Source: Callorhinchus milii
Taxonomy: Eukaryota
Direction: 5' to 3'
DNA: 64,000 bases
Assembly (NCBI RefSeq): GCF_018977255.1
Contig: NW_024704742.1
Span: forward strand, 74,588,001-74,652,000
This document shows, piece after piece, positions 38,112-50,009 of this stretch (position 1 is its first letter; every line of letters begins with the position of its first letter). The notes below the pieces were generated by a model, which ran no database searches, was not told the DNA's origin, and was given only the letters and a program-made list of their open reading frames with translations. A program made the position numbers and the translations under genes.

Positions 38112-38532
38112 TAAACAGCCGTTAGGTGACAGTGCCCTTGCCCTCTGTGTGATGGTCTCTCTCACTCACCCTCTGTGTGACGGTCTCTCTCACTCACCCT
38201 CTGTGTGACGGTTTCTCTCACTCATTTTCTGTGTGACTGTCTCTCTCACTCAACCTCTGTGTGACGGTGTCTCTCACTCATTTTCTGTGTGACAGTCTCT
38301 CTCACTCAACCTCTGTGTGTTGGTGTCTCTCACTCATTTTCTGTGTGACAGTCTCTCTCACTCAACCTCTGTGTGACGGTTTCTCTCACTCATTTTCTGT
38401 GTGACAGTGTCTCTCACTCACCCTCTGTATGACGGTGTCTCTCACTCACTGTGTGAGAGACTGTCACACAGAGGGTGAGTGAGAGATACAGTCACACAGA
38501 AGGTGAGGGCACTGTCACCTAACGGCTGTTTA
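38112..38532. mobile_element. Foldback-like element with 27-bp TIRs and 29-30-bp minisatellite arms
   Basis: taaacagccgttaggtgacagtgccct at 38112-38138 is the perfect reverse complement of 38506-38532; unit ctctgtgtgacggtctctctcactcacc. Confidence 0.8.
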
Positions 38533-38569
38533 CCAGCCAATGGAAACAGAATTAAAAGGTTGGACCATC

Positions 38570-39425
38570 TTGAGTTAGTATTTCCGCCATTTCCTTATTA
38601 TCTGCTGTGAGCTTCTCCTTCTATGGTCCTATCCCCACTTTAACCATACTTTTATTACTAACATACCTATGGAACATATTATTATTTCGTTCTACATTGT
38701 TTGCTATGTTCTCCTCATGGTTCCTTCCTAATAGTTTTTTTAACCTCTTTCTAAAGTTTGCTGTATTAACTCCTGTTTTCCTCCCTGTTATCTATTCTGT
38801 GCTTTCCAAATGCTTTTTTAATTAGCTGCAGTTTTCATAGACAAATTCCTCCATGACATCCCATTATATGTTAATTTCCCCTTATTTCTTAATGAAATAT
38901 ATTTCTCCTACCGCCTATATTTATATATTTCTTCTGTCACCCAACAGCGGAAAAGAAGTAGAGGAAGAAATCTGCAGATGGATGATGGAGATGAGCAAGA
39001 ATAGTAAAGTAATAATTATGGGGAATTTCAATTATTCAAAATAGATTGGCAGAGAGAGGGAGTAGGAGGTGAGAAAGGGATGGAGTTTTTGCAATATGTG
39101 CAGGAATCTTTCCTGTCTCAATATGTAGAAACTCCAACATGCTTAAAAATCTTCCAAGGACCTTGGTCCTGTCTTGTCTATCTCCTTTTCTAGAATCACT
39201 TTGAACTTTATTATAATATGGTCACTAACCCCCAGGGTGCTGCTGCACATTTAAACCCAGCTCTGTTCTGGCTCAGGCTTATTTGCCCATAACTAGGTTG
39301 AGAAGTGCCTCTCCTCTTGTTGGAGTTTCTACATATTGAGACAGGAAAGATTCCTGCACATATTGCAAAAACTCCATCCCTTTCTCACCTCCTATTCTCT
39401 CTCTCTGCCAATCTATCTGGAGATA
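38570..39425 (-). mobile_element. Rearranged CR1 ORF2 fragment (endonuclease end and linker)
   Basis: IIMGNFNY, FLSQYVETPTRGEALL, SDH, KEMAEIL; internal piece 38938-39139 is inverted. Confidence 0.85.
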
Positions 39426-39693
39426 ACTTCACATAGTTCATTTCAAACTCCAGGGAGCAGCTCCAATATTCAATTTTGATTGCCACCCTCCTCCCATATT
39501 AGTTTATGGAAACATTATACATAGTCTGTTCTCTGATCAGCAAACCCTGAAATAGAGCCCGAGAGAGAGAAACAGGATTTAGGAAAATGTCATTCAGTGA
39601 GCAACTCTTTGACAAGTTGGAAATGATGAGATGTTTTTCTGGTTTAATTTTAAATGTTGTGTAGCAAGCTGTTTGATGGTTGAACGATAGTTT

Positions 39694-40075
39694 GTGTACA
39701 TGTTGTTGCACCATGACTTTTATCTTGCACTGTGGTATAGCCATTCTCACTATATGAGGAAGACAAGCTCCAAGCTTGTGAAGGTTGACGTTATGGAACT
39801 GGTCCAACAGATCTTGAACCCAAAAATACAGCTGTATTCTGGCTATTGTCTCTATGAGACAGGTTATATCGTCGTCCCCATCATCACTGGGAGTCGGGAT
39901 ACAGCCCGATACAAGCCTATCTGGGTGGACGGAGTGTCCTGAAGCCACACACCCTTCATTGCCTCTTATGCCATCCTCCAAATGTGCACCCAACCTATAT
40001 GAGGAGTTTGAGGAGGAGAAGAGTGACAGCCACGGTCCGTCGACTCTTCCAGGCAACCCTCTGAGAATCACTAAT
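39694..40075 (+). pseudogene. Unassigned decayed coding-like segment
   Basis: 82-aa ORF in register with a 190-aa antisense ORF; continues past a stop and apparent frameshift into NLYEEFEEEK. Confidence 0.3.
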
Positions 40076-40974
40076 GGGCAACTACCTTGAAAGAATGACT
40101 TCTCCCTGTACTTTGATATTGCTAATCACTACTTTAAGATGCACTGAGACTGTACAAAAAGAGGACATAGGTTTAGAGTTGCAAAGGGCAATTTCATGAT
40201 AGACACCAGAAAATTTTTCTTTATACATGACTGGATCTGTTATCAGGAAAGGTGATTTAGGTTAGGACACTGAATTTAATGAAAAAGTAGCTTAAGTCTA
40301 CAATGGGAGGATGATAAAATCAATATTCTGTAAGGATGAGACAGATGGGTAGAAGATTCTTCTTCCCAAACAATCTTTTGACCTTATGATTTCAAATTAT
40401 TCTCATTTGGCAAAGCACATTGGGATATTCTTTCTTATGAAAAGTGCTATATGTAATAACTTGCATTTATATAGTACCTTTCACGTCAAATAAATGTCTT
40501 GGAGCACTTTACAAAATATAATTGTTAAGTAATTAAAGTGATTATTGTTATATAAGCAAACACAGCAGCTAATCTGCACACAAACATCTTATAAACAATG
40601 AGAGACCAGATGAAATGTGATGGTAAATTTGAATAAGAAGGAATACAAACCAGGATAAGTAGGTCCAGGACTCCACATTTACACCACTATTTAGTGCTCC
40701 AAAATGCTATTCTGTGCTATGTAAATGCAGATTGTTGTTGAAATATCTCAGTGTTGGCCAACAACAACAACAAAATTACATACATAGAGCGCCTTTCACG
40801 TCGGGAGGACATCCCAAAGCGCTGAACATCTAATATCCCTTGCAAGATTTTTCTTAAATTCCCTTTTTACACCTCTTATTACTTTCTTTGTATCTCTTTG
40901 TTGCTTTTTATAGCTCTCCCAGTCTGCTGGGTTTCCACTTTTTCTCGCTTGCACACAGCAATGTACCATAAGGA

Positions 40975-41190
40975 CCAATGGAAAATCTCCCTTCTCTTTT
41001 TGTATAGTGCCATGAGATCTTTAACATCCACTTGAACAGACAGACAAGGCCTCAGTTTATCTTATCATCAGAAAGATGGCACCTCCAACATTGCAGCACA
41101 TCCCCAGCACCTCATTAGAGCATCAGCCTAGACTGTGAATTCAATGTTCCAACATGGAGCTTGAACCCAAAACGTTCTGACTCAGAGGTA
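40975..41190 (-). mobile_element. SacSINE1-like Deu-SINE 5' part
   Basis: Minus strand cctctgagtcagaacgttttgggttcaagctcc..ttggaggtgccatctttc. Confidence 0.8.
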
Positions 41191-41277
41191 ATATAGCCCA
41201 GCATCCTGTATGCCTTGTTTATTGCTCCTTCACACTGTTGAATGATGAGTCGACTAACAATCGACTTAGATCTCTTT

Positions 41278-41620
41278 CGTTTTGCCCACAAAATATACAG
41301 TCAATTCACTTTACAGTATATTCTGTGAAGTGCTTTGAGACGTCTAGAAGACATGATAAAGTGCAATATCAGATGCAAGGCTTATTATTATTTCAACTTC
41401 TCCATTGGGAAATAATAACAAAAGGTAATCAATGTATTTGATATGGTGCCTTATCATGTTTTCAAGATGTCTCAAAGCACTTCACAGAATATACTGTAAA
41501 GTGAATTGACTGTATATTTTGTGGGCGAAATGCAGCAGCCAACTGTGCACAGAAGTGTCCCACAAACAGATGTGGATTGAGTGACCAAATTATTATTTTA
41601 TTTATTTATTTTTGATGGGA
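41278..41620. mobile_element. Two SINE 3' halves tail to tail (+ 41278-41391, - 41425-41620)
   Basis: Opposed cccacaaaatatacagtcaattcactttacag segments. Confidence 0.85.
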
Positions 41621-42337
41621 ATTAAATCTATCCAAATCATGGAGTACAGGTGCTCACTATTTTCACTTTCTACCGTAATCAGATCTAATGAGACAGCCAT
41701 CTGTCATCCCGTAGGTAATAAAATACCAGAAAAAGCACTACTCCTATCACAGGAGCTGAAATTTTAAAAATGTTTCTTGTAATAATAATAATATTTATAT
41801 TAAAATATGCATATGTGCAGCTACATTGACAATTGAAAGAGCACTGACAGTGAACTTCTGACTCCCATCAGTGACAGACAGGCAGGCATGAGCCACGACT
41901 GACCAGTGCCCATGTGACTAAGTGACTATTTAGGTCGGGCACATCATTAGTAATCACCATCCTCGCCTGATTTTCTGCATGATTGAATCTTCTCAACTAT
42001 ATTAGGCAGTATTAGAATAAGGTAAAAATAGAAACAGCTGTATACAATACACTGAGACTTAAGTCTGACTGACACTTTAGTGCAATGCTGGTGGGAATGG
42101 CACATTTCTGGAGGTGGTGTCCTTCAGTTGATATATTAAATCTTTTGCCTGTTCTAATGGTTCATATGATTGTTAAAGATCCATGACAATTTTTTGAAGA
42201 GCAGGAATTTCCACCGCTGACCTTGTCCAGATTTCTTTGAGATTCACTCCTGGCACAGGTTAACTGCCATGTTCACTATATCTGAAAGTAACATGTTTGT
42301 AATGTTTCAATGCAAAAGGTTGCATTAAAAATGCAAA

Positions 42338-42630
42338 TAATAACAATAATCCTTGTGTTTGATGCAGCACCTTATCACCTCATTCAGATGTCTAATACCA
42401 CCTCACAGAATATATTGTAAAGTGAATTGACTGTATTTTGTGGGCAAAACAAGGCAGCCAATTGTTTACAGCCGTGTCCCACAAACAGTTGTGGATTGAA
42501 TAAACAGATTATTATTATTTTTTTTGAGGGATTATTACCCTTAGGAAGCAATTTGCCAATCGACTAACAACCATGTTTCATAATTACTTCTAGGTAAACA
42601 GAGGTGTGTGGAGTAAGGAAACTTGCCTAA
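42338..42630 (-). mobile_element. Deu-SINE, long subfamily, head missing
   Basis: Body and tail match the other copies. Confidence 0.85.
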
Positions 42631-43591
42631 GCTTGCAATTAGAAAATTTATGCAAAACAACACATACCCTACGGAACGCGTATTGGTCTTGTGTAGTGCA
42701 GAATAAAGAGCAGATGAATAATTTTCACAAGTAAAGAAACAATTAACATTTCTCAGCACTCAAATTTAATGATATTATAGAATATGGAGATCTTAGAATA
42801 TATATGTTTTATATCAGGAAGGAACATTGGGTTAAAATGGGATAAAACATCAAATTTATCAATTGTTGTGAACTTGTTCACTGTTTAAGAGGAGTATAAA
42901 TTCAGGAAAAGGATAACTTTTGAAAATAAAGAGTGAAGTAACTGTGGAAAGCAGACAATCAAACTAAATAGAGAAGAAAAGTGAGGTTCAATTTAACAAA
43001 ATTTATAACTAAGTGGAATAGCATTTGGATGTGACAGAACAATAACACAACCTTGCATTTATAATAATATTAATAATCCTTGCATTTGATATAGTGTAAA
43101 AAGCAATGTAGAACTTTTTTCAGCTACACAACACCATAATCCTGGATGGATGTAGTGAGGTACATGAGAAGAATGCAAAGACTGACACTTCTCAGGGGAG
43201 AGGGAAAGACTGGATAAATGGAATCTGGGTGATGAGACAAAATATGATCAGATGACTGATTATAATGGAGATTCATTAAATTTGTTTGATAAAGCATTTT
43301 GTTAGATATAGGGATCTAATCTATATTCAATGTAATGCTTTGCTAATAACATTAATGTAGTGGAGAATTGGGGGCAAGAAAACTTGCTTTGTGATACTTT
43401 AAAAACACAGTTCAAAAACAATCGATTAAGATAATATTGATCGTGAAAATTAGGTGAGGCACTTTTCTTGGGGCTTCTTCTCCCTTGCTCACTTGTAAAC
43501 AACTGTCGCAATAAGATTCACTTGTGACATCCTCCCGATGTTAAAGGCGTTATACAAATGTCATTTTGTTGTTGTTGTAAAGTTCACCTAT

Positions 43592-43908
43592 TAATAATAA
43601 TAATCCTTGCAGTTGATATAGCGCTTTTCACGTTTTTTTGACATCTCAAAGCGCTTCACAGAATAAACTGTAAAAGTGAATTGACCGTATATTTGTGGGC
43701 GAAACGTGGCAGCCAATTGTGCACAGCAGTGTCCCACAAACAATCGTGGATTGAAAATGACCAATTTATTATTGTTTTGTTTTTTGGAGGGATTATTATT
43801 AGGAGTGTGGAGTAAGAAAACTTGCCCAAGGTTTCGCTCTGCCTGGAATTAAACCCAGGTGTCTCACTTGCAAAGGCGAGTGCTCTAACTACTGAGCTGC
43901 AAGACTCC
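43592..43908 (-). mobile_element. Deu-SINE, short subfamily, full length
   Basis: Head, Deu core, tail. Confidence 0.92.
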
Positions 43909-44454
43909 AAAATACCAACTTCACAGTAAATCTTCCAAAGCACTTAAAGTGGCTTGAAATGATAAGGCGCTATATCATTCCAGTGTCTCCAATTCTTAAA
44001 TGACCAGGCCAATTTGTTGTTTCATTTCTGTATATAGAACACATGCTGATGTGCACGACTGCCACATTAAGATCTCACATCTGTTCTTCACTACTGTAGT
44101 CCCAAACTGACCAGCCAGCAAATGAATGACTTGAAGTGCATCGACCACCTGAGATGATGTGCCCCTTTGATGTAATGCGCTATATCAAATGCAAAGATTA
44201 TTAAATCGAGTTCTATCTGTTTATTAAAGATCCCGAAACACTATTTTAAAAGAGAAGGGAGTCTCTCCTAGTGTCCTGGCCAATAATCCCCCAAATAAAA
44301 TTAATTACTTCTCCATGACTGTTTGTGGGATATTGCTGTAAGTAAAATTAGCTGCTACATTCACCCACAAAATACACAGTGACAGACTTTACAATACAAT
44401 AGATTTAGATATTAGTAGTGATTTGAAATGTTCTGTTCAATTATTGATTTAAAT

Positions 44455-44707
44455 CCCCACCATCGGAGGTCGCACTTTCAGCCATTATGCCCCAAAACTC
44501 TGAACACTCTCCCTCATCCCTCCACTTTACCCCCTCTTGCCCCTTTTGCAAGTCCCACCTGAAAACCTTTCTCTTTGACCGGGTGTATGACCACCCATCC
44601 CCCCCACTGCCACCATCGGCTCGGAGTCAGGGCTCCGCCACTGTGAAGCGTTCTGAGAGGCTACCGTGCATGGAGAATGCTATACAAGTGCACGTTGTTG
44701 TTGTTGA
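44455..44707 (+). mobile_element. L2 3' end
   Basis: KSHLKTFLFD; tail gtgaagcgttctgag..(GTT)n. Confidence 0.85.
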
Positions 44708-45334
44708 TTGATACCTTTCCCTGACTCATGATCTAAGAGGTAAACCTCATTATTAACAGACTCCCCTGTAACGCAGCGTGATATTTCTTATGAGTCACCA
44801 TAAGTGGAACAATTCAAATCAAGCCCTCTTGGTTGGCATCATATAGACGCACAGTTCTACTTACATATTGCAAGCTGGATCTGAAAGACTCCACCACTGA
44901 TTCGAGATCCAGATTCCCTCTAATATGATTCCATTATGGGCTTGTGAACAATTTCTCTTTATACTCTTCACCCCTCCAAAACTATTCTTTTATTAAACAT
45001 AAACTATTAAACATAAAAAATAACCCGTAACAATAACAGCAACAACATCAATTACTGAGGGCTTTAGTCACCTGGGCTCGTGGTCAGTGCCTCCATCCCG
45101 CCTTACAAACCCGTAACTTCGCAAGCCCCCCTACCGCTCTAAACATTGATTAACTTTAGGCAAGCCATGCGGCTGAGCCCTTTGGCCCCTTCCAGCCCTG
45201 GGCAATCCACACCTTCCCAGCCCACAACTCCAGCCTGATGGGGCATGGCCACCTTGTGAAGCAGGCACAGGCTCCGCCCCTTGAGCCTTCCTCCCCTGTG
45301 ATCCTTATGCCTACAACAGTATAAATCATTAGTT

Positions 45335-45866
45335 AGAACATTGTGTCCAGTATTGGTCACCCCACTTTAGGAAAGACATCAAGGTGATAGATGGGGTGCA
45401 GGGAAGATTTACTTGGATTATATGGGGGAAGAGAGGTTTGGATTATTAGTGGAGACTGAGAGAACTTTGACTTTTTTGCTGGAACAAAGAAGGTTGAAGG
45501 GTGACCTGATAGTGATTGTTAAAATTATGAGGGGTTTGGTAGAGTCAATAGGGAGAAATTATATCCTCTGTTCAGTGGTCAGTAATTAGAGGGCATCAGT
45601 TTCAAATAGTACACAAGCAAATTAAGAGGCTAGGAAAAATGTTTTCACACAGAGTAGTTAGGATATCGAAGGCTTTGCTGGTAGTGATGGTTGAGGCAGA
45701 ATCCACATTAGCTTTGAAAAGAGGATTAGATATATTCTTTAAAAATAGTCAGCTACAGGGATATGCGGAAAGACTAGTAAATGGGATGGAAAGGATTGCT
45801 CTTAAAAGAGCTAGCACAGACAGGATGGAAGAAAGGGCCTCCTTCTGTGCTGTAAATTCCTATGGT
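45335..45866 (+). mobile_element. CR1 3' fragment
   Basis: EHCVQYWSP, RRLKGDLI, FSHRVV; tail ttctgtgctgtaaattcctatg. Confidence 0.88.
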
Positions 45867-45997
45867 TCAACAACTGTATAACAGTGTCTCAGTCTCCCAC
45901 TCAACCCCTAGATCTCTCTGCTTTATCCATCTTCATGTACCTCTGAGGATTCAGAGCATATGTGGCTATGAGTCATTTTCTCATACTATCTGTTCCT

Positions 45998-46363
45998 TAA
46001 TAATAATAATCCTTGCATTTGATACAGCGCCTTATCACGGCTTCCTGACATCTCAAAGCGCTTCACAAATGTGCTGTGAAGTGAATTGAGTGTATATTTT
46101 GTGGGCGAAACGTGGCAGCCAATTGTGCACAGCAGTATCCCACAAACAGTCATGGATTGAGTGACCACATTTTGTTTAAGGGATTATTATCCCCAGAAAA
46201 GCGATCCACCAATCAATTAACAACCGGGTTCCCACTTACTGATAGGTAAACACAGGCGCGTGGAGTAAGGAAACATGTCCAATGTTTTGCCCAGCCTGGG
46301 AATTGAACCCAGGTCCTCTCGCTTGCGAGGCAAGTGTTCTAACCATTGAGCTACAGGACTCCA
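45998..46363 (-). mobile_element. Deu-SINE, long subfamily, full length
   Basis: Head with CGC loop, insert, Deu core, tail. Confidence 0.92.
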
Positions 46364-46534
46364 TGCCTTCACATCTTTTATACTCTCCTTTACTCTAAAA
46401 CAGTGTTTATAAGAATATTGATTATTCTTATCAATGCAAGTACACCAAAATATTTATTTTGCTCCAAGTACAACCATAATTAGAATTTCTTTTAATTTTT
46501 TCATTCATAACTTTTGGCATATTTTTGAGATGAT

Positions 46535-47003
46535 CAGGTGTGTCACCCAACTCTACCTCCCCACCTCCACCCTCAACTCCAAGACCACTTCTGCCTTCAC
46601 ACTGCCGTTCAGACTTCAAGTCCTGGATGAGAGCTAACTTTCTCCTGTTGAATGTCATCACTGTCTCACCGAAGACCGCTGAGACCCTCATCCACGTGGT
46701 CTTCACATCCAGGCTCAACTATGCAACCTCCCTGCTTGTCAGCCACCCCAATACCTCCCTCCACAGGCTGCAGATCATCCAGAACTCTGCAGCCCGGGTC
46801 CTCTTCTGCACCAGGCTCTGGGATGCTATCACCCCCATCCTCGCCTGACTCCACTGGCTTCCCATCATTCAGAGGATACAGTTCAAAATCCTGGTCCTCA
46901 CCTTCAAAGCCCTCCATGGCCTTGCTCCCCAGACCTTTGCAACCTCCTAACCCCCTACCAACCTATCAGCTCCCTCCGCTCAGTGGGCTCCACCCTGCTT
47001 CAC
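46535..47003 (+). mobile_element. L2 fragment with internal deletion
   Basis: KSWMRANFLLLNV joined to AETLIH..SRLNYA. Confidence 0.88.
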
Positions 47004-48099
47004 ATGACAAGTTTCTTAAGTTCTTTTAAGAACCTTAGGAAGCCAACTCTAACATTAAGACACAATTCAACAATTCTAGATGTTGTAAATTGCTACACAA
47101 TAACAATAACAATATAATAATCCTTGCATTTCATATAGCGCCTTATCAAATCGTTGAGTCGTCTCAAAGCGCTTCACAGAATAAATTGTAAAGTGAATTG
47201 ACTGTATATTTCATGGGCGAAATGCACCAGCCAATTACACACAGCAGTGTCCCACAAACAGGCATGGATTGAGTGACCACATTTTTTTTGGAGGGATTAT
47301 TATCCCCAGATAATCTTGTCGGGAGAACGTCCCAAGGCTCTGGAAAGGACTCCGTATATAATCATAAACTACCTCTTGACCAGAGTAAATTTTTTCCCCA
47401 ACTGTTTATCAAAACCTTATTTCTAAGATTTTTGTGTTCCAAATTTCAGAACAGTGTCTGTTGATCAATTAGTCTGTGATAAAGAAACACATTGTTTGAA
47501 AAAGGTTTTATTTCAGCAAAAATAGAAAATGCTATAATACTGCAATAAAACAAATGCTGGAAATCCATAGCTTCTTAATCGACACTTGAAGGAAAAATCA
47601 AATAATTCACAACCAATTCTCATTCAGTAATGACAAAATTCTGTCTCTTTGTTGGGACTTTCATTATTGTAGGGCATGTTATTGTCAGGCATTTCAAAGC
47701 ACTTTGAGATATCCTCCTGATGTGAAAGAAGCTATATAAATTATATTGTATTGTCTCTTTCCCTTTTTGTCCTTATGGTTTATATCATCAGTTTTTAATA
47801 TTGGTTTATACTATTGTACATCTCACTAAACTTAATGAAAATTAAATGTTACAATCTATTTATTTTACCTCTTGTTTGGAATATTTGCCAAATTCCTATG
47901 TTATTTCATCTTGAATCTGCCTCCACCACATTCCTATATTCTTTATATATTTATCCCAATATTTTTTCTCAATTTTGTTTACCTTTCCTATTTGTGTTCA
48001 TTTTTGACCAGGTTGAAAATATTAAGTATGAATAATTATAATCCTTGGATCTGATTTACAATACAAAATTACATTTGTATTGAAAATTTCACGTCGGGA

Positions 48100-48945
48100 G
48101 CTCATCTTGGACTTGATATCCAACAAGCAATTGGTCAGGAAAGCAGTCATCCTGGAATTGAAGGTGGAGGCAGAGAGATGGAGTTAGGTGTCATCTGCAT
48201 ACATAATAATAATAAATAATAATCCTTGCATTTGATATAGCGCTTTTCATGTCTTCGACATCTCAAAGCATTTCACAGAATAGACTGTAAAGTGAATTGA
48301 CTGTATATTTGTGGGCAAAACATATGAAAATTAACCCATCCTGTGGATGATGGTGTCAAGTGGGAGTCTGTGAATATTAAAGAGGATATAACAAATGATA
48401 GACGCCTGAGGAACACAGCACACAATGGAGTGAGGGCAGAAGGAGAAGCTATTTGAAGTGACAAAATGGAGACAGTGGGATAGATCAGAATGAAACCAGG
48501 ATTCGACAGAATTGTACAGGTGGAGCTGAGAGGAGAGGCAGTGAAGAAAGACGTAGTGGTCAACTTTGTTGAAGTCAGCAGAGAGATGGGGGGAAATGGG
48601 AATGCTAAGAGAGCTCTGGTCCCAAGTTGAGAGAATGCCATTGGTGATTCTGGTCAGGGGAGTCTTGGTACTGTGGGCAGGGGAGAAATGGATTGACGGG
48701 GTTCATGCAGAGAGTGCCTTGGAAAGGAAAGGCAGATTGGAGATCTTGCAGTAATCTGAGCGCATGGAAGCGGAGGGATTCTTGAGAAGGGGGTAATGAC
48801 AGCAGTTTTGAAGGTAATGGGAACTGTACCAGTGGAAGGGGGAGAATAATGATATCCACTAACAGAGGGCAGAGGGTTAAAGAGGTAAAACTGGGAGGTC
48901 AGGAGAGGGGTGGGGATGAGGGCAAGGGAACAGGTGGTGAGTTAC
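48100..48945 (-). mobile_element. Old L2 RT fragment with a SINE tail (48204-48320) inserted at the YADD motif
   Basis: [10 protein letters not shown] is split by the SINE piece. Confidence 0.85.
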
Positions 48946-50009
48946 TTCACATTTCATAATTGCCCTACTCTGTACTCCTTCAATGTTAAGATATCCTGAC
49001 TGTACCAGAATTATACAAAGTATTCAGATGTCAGCAACAGGCATCATTCAAGCTTTTGTCTGAATGTCCATAGCTACAACAATAACAACTTGCATTTATA
49101 TAGTGCCCTTCACACTGGACAGCGTCTCGGAGTACTTAGTCCAACAAAGATGTGGTGAGAATATTTTTATGACACCTGACCTGAAAAACTAATTAGTGTA
49201 AGACATTCATGGATAATACTGTGTGGATGATGGGGTTTATATTTGTGTGCATCAGTGTTAACAGTGCCATATTCCTCCTTTTGTGTGTTACTCCCTGGCA
49301 GGATCAAAATCTGACAGTGGGGTCATTCTTTTTCTCAAATTGTACAAACTCCCATTTGTAAACTATTTGCTATGCCACACATTTGATTATCTTTGCATTT
49401 TAGAGAAACCTGTAATTTGTCCCACATCTCTGTGGTGTTCATCAGCCATTGCAGATTTTATTATGAAATCATATCTAGCAAGTCAATTCAAGGCAGGGTC
49501 CTTCCTGTGCTGGTTGCAGAAACCTGAAACTCCGTTGGTGTCTGTGAATTGTTTGCTGCTGGGTTGTGAATCTCAGTAATGATTGAGGCTCACAGTGACT
49601 TTGCTGCCACTGATGATGTTTTGGCAATGAGCGAATGTGACTGTGTGTGGGGTTTGCACATTGCACAGTTTTGTCATTGCTTCTTGGGACAGCCTCAGTC
49701 TCTGGCAATACTGCTCCACCCACAGTCCAAGACATGTTCAGAACAGTCAGTCACTGGTCCCTTCTCAGTTTGCACTTTCAGTGTGTGACGTTCTCTCTGA
49801 TCTCTTCTCACACATGACAATGAGGTAGTTATAATCAGCGTCAATGCTGTGAGATCTCTTAAATAGCAAAATAATTTCTTATTTAAAAATTGGAATCTTG
49901 ATCTGAAAACAGATCGACTTGGGATAGCAGACCAACAAGTCAGTGTTATGCATTTCTAAACTCAGAAATCAGACAAGAAATATTGCAAAACTGCATGACA
50001 AAAGAGGCT

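Noticed and set aside
38140..38450. CRISPR-like regular 29-30-bp repeats
   Set aside because: No unique spacers, vertebrate context, no cas genes; it is a minisatellite
49283..49788. Two abutting + ORFs (98 and 69 aa)
   Set aside because: No homology or splice structure; more likely non-coding unique DNA
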